This document shows positions 39,093 to 52,821 of a DNA stretch of 64,000 nt, one piece after another. A model generated the notes under the pieces. The model searched no databases. It saw only the letters and a list, made by a program, of their open reading frames with translations, and was not told the DNA's origin. The stretch's first letter is position 1; each line of letters starts with the position of its first letter. This DNA comes from the human T2T-CHM13v2.0 reference genome, Homo sapiens: assembly GCF_009914755.1 (NCBI RefSeq), contig NC_060948.1, one strand, 5' to 3'. Both the position numbers and the translations under genes were made by a program.

Positions 39093-42000
39093 ATGGAATG
39101 GGAACGAATGGAATGGAATGTCATGGAATGGCATCAAATGGAATGGAATCGAATGCGATGGAATGCTATGGAATAGAATGGAATGCATTGGAATGGAATG
39201 TCCTCTAATGGAATGTATTCGAGTGGAATGGAATCGAATATAATGGAGTCTAATGAAAGGGAATTGAAAGGAATGGGACCGAATACAATGGAATATACTG
39301 GAATGTAATGTAATGAACTCGAATGTAATTGACTGGAATGGAATGTACATGAATGGAATGTAATCGAATGGAAAGCAATCCAATGGAATAGAATCTAATG
39401 CAATAAAATGGACTCAAATAGAGTAGAATGTAATGGAATGGAGTGCAGTGCAATGGAATGGAATGGAATGGAATGCAATGGAATGGAATGGAATGGAATG
39501 GAATGGAATGGGATGGAATGGTATGGAATGGATAGTAATGGACTGGAGTGAAATGGACTGGAAAAGAATGGACTCAGATTGAAAGGGCTCGAAAGGAATG
39601 GAGTCAAATGGAATGGTCTGGAATGGAATGAACATGAATGTAATGCAATCCAATAGAATGGAATCGAATGGCATGGAATATAAAGAAATGGAATCGAAGA
39701 GAATGGAAACAAATGGAATGGAATTGAATGGAATGGAATTGAATGGAATGGGAACGAATGGAGTGAAATTGTATGCAGTAGAAGAGAATAGAATGGAATG
39801 CAAGCGAAAGGAAAGGAATGGATTGGAATGGAATGGAATTCATTGGAATGGAAGGGAATGTAGTGTAATGGACAGGCCTGGAATAAAGTGGAATGCTACG
39901 GTCTCGAATGGAATAAAAATGTATGGAATGGAATGCAATGAAACGGAATCGAATGTCATAGAATGTAATGGAATGCAAAAAAATGGAATCCAAAATCATT
40001 GACTGGAAAGGCTGGGTGTCGAAAGGAATTGACTCCAATGGAATGGAATCGAATGGAATGGAAGTGAATAGAATCGAACTAAATCGAATGGAATGGAATT
40101 GATAGGAACGGAATGGAAAGGAATGCAATGATTTGGCATGGAATGGAATCGAATGGCATCGAATGGAATGGAATGGAATGCAATGGAATGGAATGTATTA
40201 GAATGTAATGAACTTTAATGGAATGTACTCGAATGGATTCGACTGGAATGGAATGTTCTCGAAGTGAATGGACTCCAATGGAATGGATTCGAAAGGAATG
40301 GAATCTAATGGAATGGAATTAAATGGAAATGAATCAAATTGAATAGAACGGAATTGAATTGAATGGAATCGAATGCAATGGAATCTAATGAAACGGAAAG
40401 GAAAGGAATGGAATGGATTGGAATGGAATGGGCTGGAATAGAATGGAATCGAAACGAATGGAATGGAATCGAACTGAAGAGACTGGAATGGAATGCACTG
40501 GAATGGAAGGGTATGTAATGGAAGGTTCTCGAAAAAAATGGAATCGAAAGGAATGGAATTGAATGGAACGGAATAGAGTCGAATGGAATTCAATGGAATG
40601 GAATGGACTAGAGTGAAATGGAATCGAACCACAAGGAATGGACAGGAATAGAATGGTCTCGAATTGAATGGAATCGTATGGAATGGCATCAAACGGAATG
40701 GAATGGACAGCCACGGAATGGAATGGACACCCACGGAATGGAATGCACTCGAATGCAATGGAGTCGACACTAATGGACTGGAATAGAATGGACTCGACTG
40801 GTACGGACTCCAATGGAATGGAATCGAATGGAAGGGAATCGAACGGAATGGACTCGAAGGGAAAAGACTGCAATGGAAAGGTCTCGAATGGAATGGAAAT
40901 TAATGGAATGGAATGGAATCGAATGAAATGGAGTCAAAAGGAATGGAATCGAATGTCAAGAAATCGAATGTAATGGAATCGCAAGGAATTGATGTGAACG
41001 GAACGGAATGGAATGGAATCCAAAGGAATGGAATAGAATGGAATGGAATCGAATGGAAAGGACTCGAATGGAAATCACTCGAATAGAATGCAATTTAATA
41101 AAATAGGATCAAATGTAATGGAATGGAATGGAAAGGAATCGAAACGAAAGGAATGGAGACAGATGGAATGGAATGGAACAGAGAGCAATGGTATAGAATG
41201 GAATGGAATCATCTGGAATGGAATTGAATGGAATGGAATAATATGAAATGGAAAGGAATGGAATGGAATGCCCTTGAATTAAATGGACTGGAATGGAATG
41301 GACTCGAACAGAGTGGAATGGAAAGTGTTGAAATAGAATGGAATGGACTCGTTTGGAATGGTCTAGTATGCAATGCAATCGACTGGCAGGGAATCAAAAG
41401 GAATGTAATCGAATGGATTGGACTGGAATGCAATGGACTCGAATAGATTGGAAACGGAAAGCAAAGGAATGGAATGGAATAGTATGGAATGGAATGGAAA
41501 GGAATGGAGTGGAATAGACTAAAGTGGAATGGAATGGACTGGAAAGCAATGGACTGGAATGGAACTTTCTTGAATGGACTGGAATCAAACGGAATGGAAT
41601 GCAATGCAATCAAATGGCATGGAATAAAATAGAATGAAAGAGAATGAAATGGATTTGAATCGAATGGAATCGAATGGATTGGAAAGGAATAGAATGGAAT
41701 GGAATGGAATTGACTCAAATGGAATGGACTAGAATGGAATGGATTCGAATGGAAGGCAAAGGAATGGAATCTATTGGAATGGACTGTAATGGAATGGAAT
41801 GGAAGGGATTGGAATGGACTCGAATGGAATGGACTGCAATAGAAAGGATTCGAATGGAATGAAAAAGAATTGAATGGAATAGAACAGAATGGAATCAAAT
41901 CGAATGAAATGGAATGGAATAGAAAGGAATGGAATGAAATGGAATGGAAAGGATTCGAATGGAATGCAATCGAATGGAATGGAATCGAACGGAATGGAAT

Positions 42001-42134
42001 AAAATGGAAGAAAACTGGCAAGAAATGGAATCGAAATGAATGGAGTGTTATGGAACGGACTCAAAAGGAATTGAATGTAATAGAATGGAGTGGAGTGGAC
42101 TCGAATATAATGGACTGGAATGGAATGAAATCAC
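39093..42134 (+). repeat. DYZ1 unit 12, internally deleted variant (3042 bp)
   Basis: Sequence jumps from gggaacgaatggaatggaatg directly to tcatggaatggcatc at 39120/39121, skipping 502 bp present in the other units. Confidence 0.93.
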
Positions 42135-45100
42135 ATGGAATGGGAACGAATGGAATGGAATGGAAAGGAATGGAATCGAATGGAAAGGAATCGAATGGAA
42201 GGGAATGAAATTGAATCAACAGGAATGGAAGGGAATAGAATAGACGGTAATGGAATGGACTCGAATAGAATGGACACGAATGCTCAAATTGAATGGACTC
42301 GAATGGAATGGAAACGAAAGGAATGTCATCGAATGGAATTGAATCGATTGGAATGAAATCGCATAGAATGGAGTGGAATCAAATGGAATTGAATCGAAAG
42401 GAAAGGAAGCGAATGGACTGAAATGAAATGGAATGGAATTGAATGGAAAGTAATGCAATGGAATAGAATGGAACGAAATTTCACGGAATGGAATCAAACT
42501 GAATGGAATCAAATCAATGGAATCAAATCAAATGGAATGGAAAGGAATTGAATGGAGTAGATTGGATTGGATGGGATTGGAATGAAATGTACTGGAAAGG
42601 ACTCGAATTTCATGAAACGGAATGGAATGAATTGGAACGGAATGGACTCGAATGGAATGGAATATCATGGAATGGCATCAAATGGAATGGAATCGAATGC
42701 AATGGAATGCTATGGAATGGAATGGAATGCATTGGAATGGAATGTCCTCTAATGGAATGGATTCGAGTGGAATGGAATCGAATATAATGGAGTCGAATGA
42801 AATGGAATTGAAAGGAGTGGGATCGAATACAATGGAATATACTGGAATGTAATGTAATGAACTCGAATGTAATTGACTGGAATGGAATGTACATGAATGG
42901 AATGTAATCGAATGGAAAGTAATCCAATAGAATAGAATCTAATGCAATAAAACCGACTCAGATAGAGTAGAATGTAATGGAATGGAGTGCAGTGCAATGG
43001 AATGGAATGGAATGGAATGCAATGGAATGGAATGGAATGGAATGGAATGGAATGGAATGGAATGGAATGGGATTGAATGGGATGGAATGGATAGTAATGG
43101 ACTGGAGTGAAATGGACTGGAAAGGAATGGACTCAAATTGAAAGGGCTCGAAAGGAATGGAGTCAAATGGAATGTTCTGGAATGGAATGAACACGAATGT
43201 AATGCAATCCAATAGAACGGAATCGAATGGCATGGAATATAAAGAAATGGAATTGAAGAGAATGGAAACAAATGGAATGGAATTGAATGGAATGGAATTG
43301 AATGGAATGGGAACGAATGGAGTGAAATTGTATGCAGTAGAAGGGAATAGAATGGAATGCAAGCGAAAGGAAAGGAATGGATTGGAATGGAATGGAATTC
43401 ATTGGAATGGAAGGGAATGTAGTGTAATGGACAGGCCTGGAATAAAGTGGAATGCTGCGGTCTCGAATGGAATAAAAATGTACGGAATGGAATGCAATGA
43501 AACGGAATCGAATGTCATAGAATGTAATGGAATGCAAAAAAATGGAATCCAAAATCATTGACTGGAAAGGCTGTGTGGCGAAAGGAATTGACTCCAATGG
43601 AATGGAATCGAATGGAATGGAAGTGAATAGAATCGAACTAAATCGAATGGAATGGAATTGATAGGAACGGAATGGAAAGGAATGCAATGATTTGGCATGG
43701 AATGGAATCGAATGGCATCGAATGGAATGGAATGGAATGCAATGGAATGGAATGTATTAGAATGTAATGAACTTTAATGGAATGTACTCGAATGGATTCG
43801 ACTGGAATGGAATGTTCTGGAAGTGAATGGACTCCAATGGAATGGATTCAAAAGGAATGGAATCGTACGGAATGGAATCTAATGGAATGGAATTAAATGG
43901 AAGTGAATCAAATTGAATAGCACGGAATTGAATTGAATGGAATGGAATGCAACGGAAGCTAATGAAACGGAAAGGAAAGGAATGGAATGGAATGGAATGG
44001 GCTGGAATGGAAAGGAATCGAAACGAATGGAATGGAATCGAACTGAAGAGACTGGAATGGAATGCACTGGAATGGAAGGGAGTTTAATGGAAGGTTCTCG
44101 AAAAAAATGGAATCGAATGGAATGGAATTGAATGGAACGGAATAGAGTCGAATGGAATTGAATGGAATGGAATGGACTAGAGTGAAATGGAATCGAACCA
44201 CAAGGAATGGACAGGAATAGAATGGTCTCGAATTGAATGGAATCGTATGGAATGGCATCAAACGGAATGGAATGGACAGCCACGGAATGGAATGCACTCG
44301 AATGCAATGGAGTCGAAACTAATGGACTGGAATAGAATGGACTCGACTGGTACGGACTCCAATGGAATGGAATCGAATGGAAGGGAATCGAACGGAATGG
44401 ACTCGAAGGGAAAAGACTGCAATGGAAAGGTCTCGAATGGAATGGAAATTAATGGAATGGAATGGAATCGAATGAAATGGAGTCAAAAGGAATGGAATCG
44501 AATGGCAAGAAATCGAATGTAATGGAATCGCAAGGAATTGATGTGAACGGAACGGAATGGAATGGAATCCAAAGGAATGGAATAGAATGGAATGGAATCG
44601 AATGGAAAGGACTCGAATGGAAATCACTCGAATAGAATGCAATTTAATAAAATAGGATCAAATGTAATGGAATGGAATGGAAAGGAATCGAAACGAAAGG
44701 AATGGAGACAGATGGAATGGAATGGAACAGAGAGCAATGGTATAGAATGGAATGGAATCATCTGGAATGGAATTGAATGGAATGGAATAATATGAAATGG
44801 AATGGAATGGAATGGAATGGAATGCCCTTGAATTAAATGGACTGGAATGGAATGGACTCGAACAGAGTGGAATGGAAAGTGTTGAGATAGAATGGAATGG
44901 ACTCCTTTGGAATGGTGTAGTATGCAATGCAATCGACTGGCAGGGAATCAAAAGGAATGTAATGGAATGGATTGGACTGGAATGCAATGGACTCGAATAG
45001 ATTGGAAACGGAATGCAAAGGAATGGAATGGAATAGTATGGAATGGAATGGAAAGGAATGGAGTGGAATAGACTAGAGTGGAATGGAATGGACTGGAAAG

Positions 45101-45688
45101 CAATGGACTGGAATGGAACTTTCTTGAATGGACTGGAATCAAACGGAATGGAATGCAATGCAATCAAATGGCATGGAATAAAATAGAATGAAAGAGAATC
45201 AAATGGAATTGAATCGAATGGAATCGAATGGATTGGAAAGGAATAGAATGGAATGGAATGGAATTGACTCGAATGGAATGGACTAGAATGGAATGGATTC
45301 GAATGGAAGGCAAAGGAATGGAATCTATTGGAATGGACTGTAATGGAATGGAATGGAAAGGATTGGAATGGACTCGAATGGAATGGACTGCAATAGAAAG
45401 GATTCGAATGGAATGAAAAAGAATTGAATGGAATAGAACAGAATGGAATCAAATCGAATGAAATGGAATGGAATAGAAAGGAATGGAATGAAATGGAATG
45501 GAAAGGATTCGAATGGAATGCAATCGAATGGAATGGAATCGAACGGAATGGAATAAAATGGAAGAAAACTGGCAAGAAATGGAATCGAAATGAATGGAGT
45601 GTTATGGAACGGACTCAAAAGGAATTGAATGTAATAGAATGGAGTGGAGTGGACTCGAATATAATGGAATGGAATGGAATGAAATCAC
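42135..45688 (+). repeat. DYZ1 unit 13 (3554 bp)
   Basis: Anchor spacing; single copy of the 15-bp ggaatggcatcaaat element (~42669). Confidence 0.92.
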
Positions 45689-48600
45689 AAGGAATGGGAA
45701 CGAATGGAATGGAATGGAAAGGAATGGAATCGAATGGAAAGGAATCGAATGGAAGGGAATGAAATTGAATCAACAGGAATGGAAGGGAATAGAATAGACG
45801 GTAATGGAATGGACTCGAATAGAATGGACACGAATGCTCAAATTGAATGGACTCGAATGGAATGGAAACGAAAGGAATGTCATCGAATGGAATTGAATGG
45901 ATTGGAATGAAATCGCATAGAATGGAGTGGAATCAAATGGAATTGAATCGAAAGGAAAGGAAGCGAATGGACTGAAATGAAATGGAATGGAATTGAATGG
46001 AAAGTAATGCAATGGAATAGAATGGAACGAAATTTCACGGAATGGAATCAAACTGAATGGAATCAAATCAATGGAATCAAATCAAATGGAATGGAAAGGA
46101 ATTGAATGGAGTAGATTGGATTGGATGGGATTGGAATGAAATGTACTGGAAAGGACTCGAATTTCATGAAACGGAATGGAATGAATTGGAACGGAATGGA
46201 CTCGAATGGAATGGAATGTCATGGAATGGCATCAAATGGAATGGCATCAAATGGAATGGAATCGAATGCAATGGAATGCTATGGAATGGAATGGAATGCA
46301 TTGGAATGGAATGTCCTCTAATGGAATGGATTCGAGTGGAATGGAATCGAATATAATGGAGTCGAATGAAATGGAATTGAAAGGAGTGGGATCGAATACA
46401 ATGGAATATACTGGAATGTAATGTAATGAACTCGAATGTAATTGACTGGAATGGAATGTACATGAATGGAATGTAATCGAATGGAAAGTAATCCAATGGA
46501 ATAGAATCTAATGCAATAAAACCGACTCAGATAGAGTAGAATGTAATGGAATGGAGTGCAGTGCAATGGAATGGAATGGAATGGAAGGCAATGGAATGGA
46601 ATGGAATGGAATGGAATGGAATGGAATGGAATGGGATGGAATGGGATGGAATGGATAGTAATGGACTGGAGTGAAATGGACTGGAAAGGAATGGACTCAA
46701 ATTGAAAGGGCTCGAAAGGAATGGAGTCAAATGGAATGGTCTGGAATGGAATGAACACGAATGTAATGCAATCCAATAGAATGGAATCGAATGGCATGGA
46801 ATATAAAGAAATGGAATCGAAGAGAATGGAAACAAATGGAATGGAATTGAATGGAATGGAATTGAATGGAATGGGAACGAATGGAGTGAAATTGTATGCA
46901 GTAGAAGGGAATAGAATGGAATGCAAGCGAAAGGAAAGGAATGGATTGGAATGGAATGGAATTCATTGGAATGGAAGGGAATGTAGTGTAATGGACAGGC
47001 CTGGAATAAAGTGGAATGCTACGGTCTCGAATGGAATAAAAATGTATGGAATGGAATGCAATGAAACGGAATCGAATGTCATAGAATGTAATGGAATGCA
47101 AAAAAATGGAATCCTAAATCATTGACTGGAAAGGCTGGGTGTCGAAAGGAATTGACTCCAATGGAATGGAATCGAATGGAATGGAAGTGAATAGAATCGA
47201 ACTAAATCGAATGGAATGGAATTGATAGGAACGGAATGGAAAGGAATGCAATGAATTGGCATGGAATGGAATCGAATGGCATCGAATGGAATGGAATGGA
47301 ATGCAATGGAATGGAATGTATTAGAATGTAATGAACTTTAATGGAATGTACTCGAATGGATTCGACTGGAATGGAATGTTCTGGAAGTGAATGGACTCCA
47401 ATGGAATGGATTCAAAAGGAATGGAATCGTACGGAATGGAATCTAATGGAATGGAATTAAATGGAAATGAATCAAATTGAATAGCACGGAATTGAATTGA
47501 ATGGAATGGAATGCAATGGAATCTAATGAAACGGAAAGGAAAGGAATGGAATGGAATGGAAAGGGCTGGAATGGAAAGGAATCGAAACGAATGGAATGGA
47601 ATCGAACTGAAGAGACTGGAATGGAATGCACTGGAATGGAAGGGAGTGTAATGGAAGGTTCTCGAAAAAAATGGAATCGAATGGAATGGAATTGAATGGA
47701 ACGGAATAGAGTCGAATGGAATTGAATGGAATGGAATGGACTAGAGTGAAATGGAATCGAACCACAAGGAATGGACAGGAATAGAATGGTCTCGAATTGA
47801 ATGGAATCGTATGGAATGGCATCAAACGGAATGGAATGGACAGCCACGGAATGGAATGCACTCGAATGCAATGGAGTCGAAACTAATGGACTGGAATAGA
47901 ATGGACTCGACTGGTACGGACTCCAATGGAATGGAATCGAATGGAAGGGAATCGAACGGAATGGACTCGAAGGGAAAAGACTGCAATGGAAAGGTCTCGA
48001 ATGGAATGGAAATTAATGGAATGGAATGGAATCGAATGAAATGGAGTCAAAAGGAATGGAATCGAATGGCAAGAAATCGAATGTAATGGAATCGCAAGGA
48101 ATTGATGTGAACGGAACGGAATGGAATGGAATCCAAAGGAATGGAATAGAATGGAATGGAATCGAATGGAAAGGACTCGAATGGAAATCACTCGAATAGA
48201 ATGCAATTTAATAAAATAGGATCAAATGTAATGGAATGGAATGGAAAGGAATCGAAACGAAAGGAATGGAGACAGATGGAATGGAATGGAACAGAGAGCA
48301 ATGGTATAGAATGGAATGGAATCATCTGGAATGGAATTGAATGGAATGGAATAATATGAAATGGAATGGAATGGAATGGAATGGAATGCCCTCGAATTAA
48401 ATGGACTGGAATGGAATGGACTCGAACAGAGTGGAATGGAAAGTGTTGAGATAGAATGGAATGGACTCCTTTGGAATGGTGTAGTATGCAATGCAATCGA
48501 CTGGCAGGGAATCAAAAGGAATGTAATCGAATGGATTGGACTGGAATGCAATGGACTCGAATAGATTGGAAACGGAATGCAAAGGAATGGAATGGAATAG

Positions 48601-49252
48601 TATGGAATGGAATGGAAAGGAATGGAGTGGAATAGACTAGAGTGGAATGGAATGGACTGGAAAGCAATGGACTGGAATGGAACTTTCTTGAATGGACTGG
48701 AATCAAACGGAATGGAATGCAATGCAATCAAATGGCATGGAATAAAATAGAATGAAAGAGAATCAAATGGAATTGAATCGAATGGAATCGAATGGATTGG
48801 AAAGGAATAGAATGGAATGGAATGGAATTGACTCAAATGGAATGGACTAGAATGGAATGGATTCGAATGGAAGGCAAAGGAATGGAATCTATTGGAATGG
48901 ACTGTAATGGAATGGAATGGAAGGGATTGGAATGGACTCGAATGGAATGGACTGCAATAGAAAGGATTCGAATGGAATGAAAAAGAATTGAATGGAATAG
49001 AACAGAATGGAATCAAATCGAATGAAATGGAATGGAATAGAAAGGAATGGAATGAAATGGAATGGAAAGGATTCGAATGGAATGCAATCGAATGGAATGG
49101 AATCGAACGGAATGGAATAAAATGGAAGAAAACTGGCAAGAAATGGAATCGAAATGAATGGAGTGTTATGGAACGGACTCAAAAGGAATTGAATGTAATA
49201 GAATGGAGTGGAGTGGACTCGAATATAATGGACTGGAATGGAATGAAATCAC
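45689..49252 (+). repeat. DYZ1 unit 14 (3564 bp)
   Basis: Anchor variant aaatcacaagg at 45689; length equals the classical DYZ1 clone length. Confidence 0.92.
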
Positions 49253-52200
49253 ATGGAATGGGAACGAATGGAATGGAATGGAAAGGAATGGAATCGAATG
49301 GAAAGGAATCGAATGGAAGGGAATGAAATTGAATCAACAGGAATGGAAGGGAATAGAATAGACGGTAATGGAATGGACTCGAATAGAATGGACACGAATG
49401 CTCAAATTGAATGGACTCGAATGGAATGGAAACGAAAGGAATGTCATCGAATGGAATTGAATCGATTGGAATGAAATCGCATAGAATGGAGTGGAATCAA
49501 ATGGAATTGAATCGAAAGGAAAGGAAGCGAATGGACTGAAATGAAATGGAATGGAATTGAATGGAAAGTAATGCAATGGAATAGAATGGAACGAAATTTC
49601 ACGGAATGGAATCAAACTGAATGGAATCAAATCAATGGAATCAAATCAAATGGAATGGAAAGGAATTGAATGGAGTAGATTGGATTGGATGGGATTGGAA
49701 TGAAATGTACTGGAAAGGACTCGAATTTCATGAAACGGAATGGAATGAATTGGAACGGAATGGACTCGAATGGAATGGAATGTCATGGAATGGCATCAAA
49801 TGGAATGGCATCAAATGGAATGGAATCGAATGCAATGGAATGCTATGGAATGGAATGGAATGCATTGGAATGGAATGTCCTCTAATGGAATGGATTCGAG
49901 TGGAATGGAATCGAATATAATGGAGTCGAATGAAAAGGAATTGAAAGGAGTGGGATCGAATACAATGGAATATACTGGAATGTAATGTAATGAACTCGAA
50001 TGTAATTGACTGGAATGGAATGTACATGAATGGAATGTAATCGAATGGAAAGTAATCCAATGGAATAGAATCTAATGCAATAAAACCGACTCAGATAGAG
50101 TAGAATGTAATGGAATGGAGTGCAGTGCAATGGAATGGAATGGAATGGAAGGCAATGGAATGGAATGGAATGGAATGGAATGGAATGGAATGGAATGGAA
50201 TGGGATGGAATGGGATGGAATGGATAGTAATGGACTGGAGTGAAATGGACTGGAAAGGAATGGACTCAAATTGAAAGGGCTCGAAAGGAATGGAGTCAAA
50301 TGGAATGGTCTGGAATGGAATGAACACGAATGTAATGCAATCCAATAGAATGGAATCGAATGGCATGGAATATAAAGAAATGGTATCGAAGAGAATGGAA
50401 ACAAATGGAATGGAATTGAATGGAATGGAATTGAATGGAATGGGAACGAATGGAGTGAAATTGTATGCAGTAGAAGGGAATAGAATGGAATGCAAGCGAA
50501 AGGAAAGGAATGGATTGGAATGGAATGGAATTCATTGGAATGGAAGGGAATGTAGTGTAATGGACAGGCCTGGAATAAAGTGGAATGCTACGGTCTCGAA
50601 TGGAATAAAAATGTATGGAATGGAATGCAATGAAACGGAATCGAATGTCATAGAATGTAATGGAATGCAAAAAAATGGAATCCAAAATCATTGACTGGAA
50701 AGGCTGGGTGTCGAAAGGAATTGACTCCAATGGAATGGAATCGAATGGAATGGAAGTGAATAGAATCGAACTAAATCGAATGGAATGGAATTGATAGGAA
50801 CGGAATGGAAAGGAATGCAATGATTTGGCATGGAATGGAATCGAATGGCATCGAATGGAATGGAATGGAATGCAATGGAATGGAATGTATTAGAATGTAA
50901 TGAACTTTAATGGAATGTACTCGAATGGATTCGACTGGAATGGAATGTTCTGGAAGTGAATGGACTCCAATGGAATGGATTCAAAAGGAATGGAATCGTA
51001 CGGAATGGAATCTAATGGAATGGAATTAAATGGAAATGAATCAAATTGAATAGCACGGAATTGAATTGAATGGAATGGAATGCAATGGAATCTAATGAAA
51101 CGGAAAGGAAAGGAATGGAATGGAATGGAAAGGGCTGGAATGGAAAGGAATCGAAACGAATGGAATGGAATCGAACTGAAGAGACTGGAATGGAATGCAC
51201 TGGAATGGAAGGGAGTGTAATGGAAGGTTCTCGAAAAAAATGGAATCGAATGGAATGGAATTGAATGGAACGGAATAGAGTCGAATGGAATTGAATGGAA
51301 TGGAATGGACTAGAGTGAAATGGAATCGAACCACAAGGAATGGACAGGAATAGAATGGTCTCGAATTGAATGGAATCGTATGGAATGGCATCAAACGGAA
51401 TGGAATGGACAGCCACGGAATGGAATGCACTCGAATGCAATGGAGTCGAAACTAATGGACTGGAATAGAATGGACTCGACTGGTACGGACTCCAATGGAA
51501 TGGAATCGAATGGAAGGGAATCGAACGGAATGGACTCGAAGGGAAAAGACTGCAATGGAAAGGTCTCGAATGGAATGGAAATTAATGGAATGGAATGGAA
51601 TCGAATGAAATGGAGTCAAAAGGAATGGAATCGAATGGCAAGAAATCGAATGTAATGGAATCGCAAGGAATTGATGTGAACGGAACGGAATGGAATGGAA
51701 TCCAAAGGAATGGAATAGAATGGAATGGAATCGAATGGAAAGGACTCGAATGGAAATCACTCGAATAGAATGCAATTTAATAAAATAGGATCAAATGTAA
51801 TGGAATGGAATGGAAAGGAATCGAAACGAAAGGAATGGAGACAGATGGAATGGAATGGAACAGAGAGCAATGGTATAGAATGGAATGGAATCATCTGGAA
51901 TGGAATTGAATGGAATGGAATAATATGAAATGGAATGGAATGGAATGGAATGGAATGCCCTTGAATTAAATGGACTGGAATGGAATGGACTCGAACAGAG
52001 TGGAATGGAAAGTGTTGAGATAGAATGCAATGGACTCCTTCGGAATGGTCTAGTATGCAATGCAATCGACTGGCAGGGAATCAAAAGGAATGTAATCGAA
52101 TGGATTGGACTGGAATGCAGTGGACTCGAATAGATTGGAAACGGAATGCAAAGGAATGGAATGGAATAGTATGGAATGGAATGGAAAGGAATGGAGTGGA

Positions 52201-52821
52201 ATAGACTAGAGTGGAATGGAATGGACTGGAAAGCAATGGACTGGAATGGAACTTTCTTGAATGGACTGGAATCAAACGGAATGGAATGCAATGCAATCAA
52301 ACGGCATGGAATAAAATAGAATGAAAGAGAATCAAATGGAATTGAATCGAATGGAATCGAATGGATTGGAAAGGAATAGAATGGAATGGAATTGAATTGA
52401 CTCAAATGGAATGGACTAGAATGGAATGGATTCGAATGGAAGGCAAAGGAATGGAATCTATTGGAATGGACTGTAATGGAATGGAATGGAAGGGATTGGA
52501 ATGGACTCGAATGGAATGGACTGCAATAGAAAGGATTCGAATGGAATGAAAAAGAATTGAATGGAATAGAACAGAATGGAATCAAATCGAATGAAATGGA
52601 ATGGAATAGAAAGGAATGGAATGAAATGGAATGGAAAGGATTCGAATGGAATGCAATCGAATGGAATGGAATCCAACGGAATGGAATAAAATGGAAGAAA
52701 ACTGGCAAGAAATGGAATCGAAATGAATGGAGTGTTATGGAACGGACTCAAAAGGAATTGAATGTAATAGAATGGAGTGGAGTGGACTCGAATATAATGG
52801 ACTGGAATGGAATGAAATCAC
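49253..52821 (+). repeat. DYZ1 unit 15 (3569 bp)
   Basis: Anchor spacing 49253 to 52822. Confidence 0.92.
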
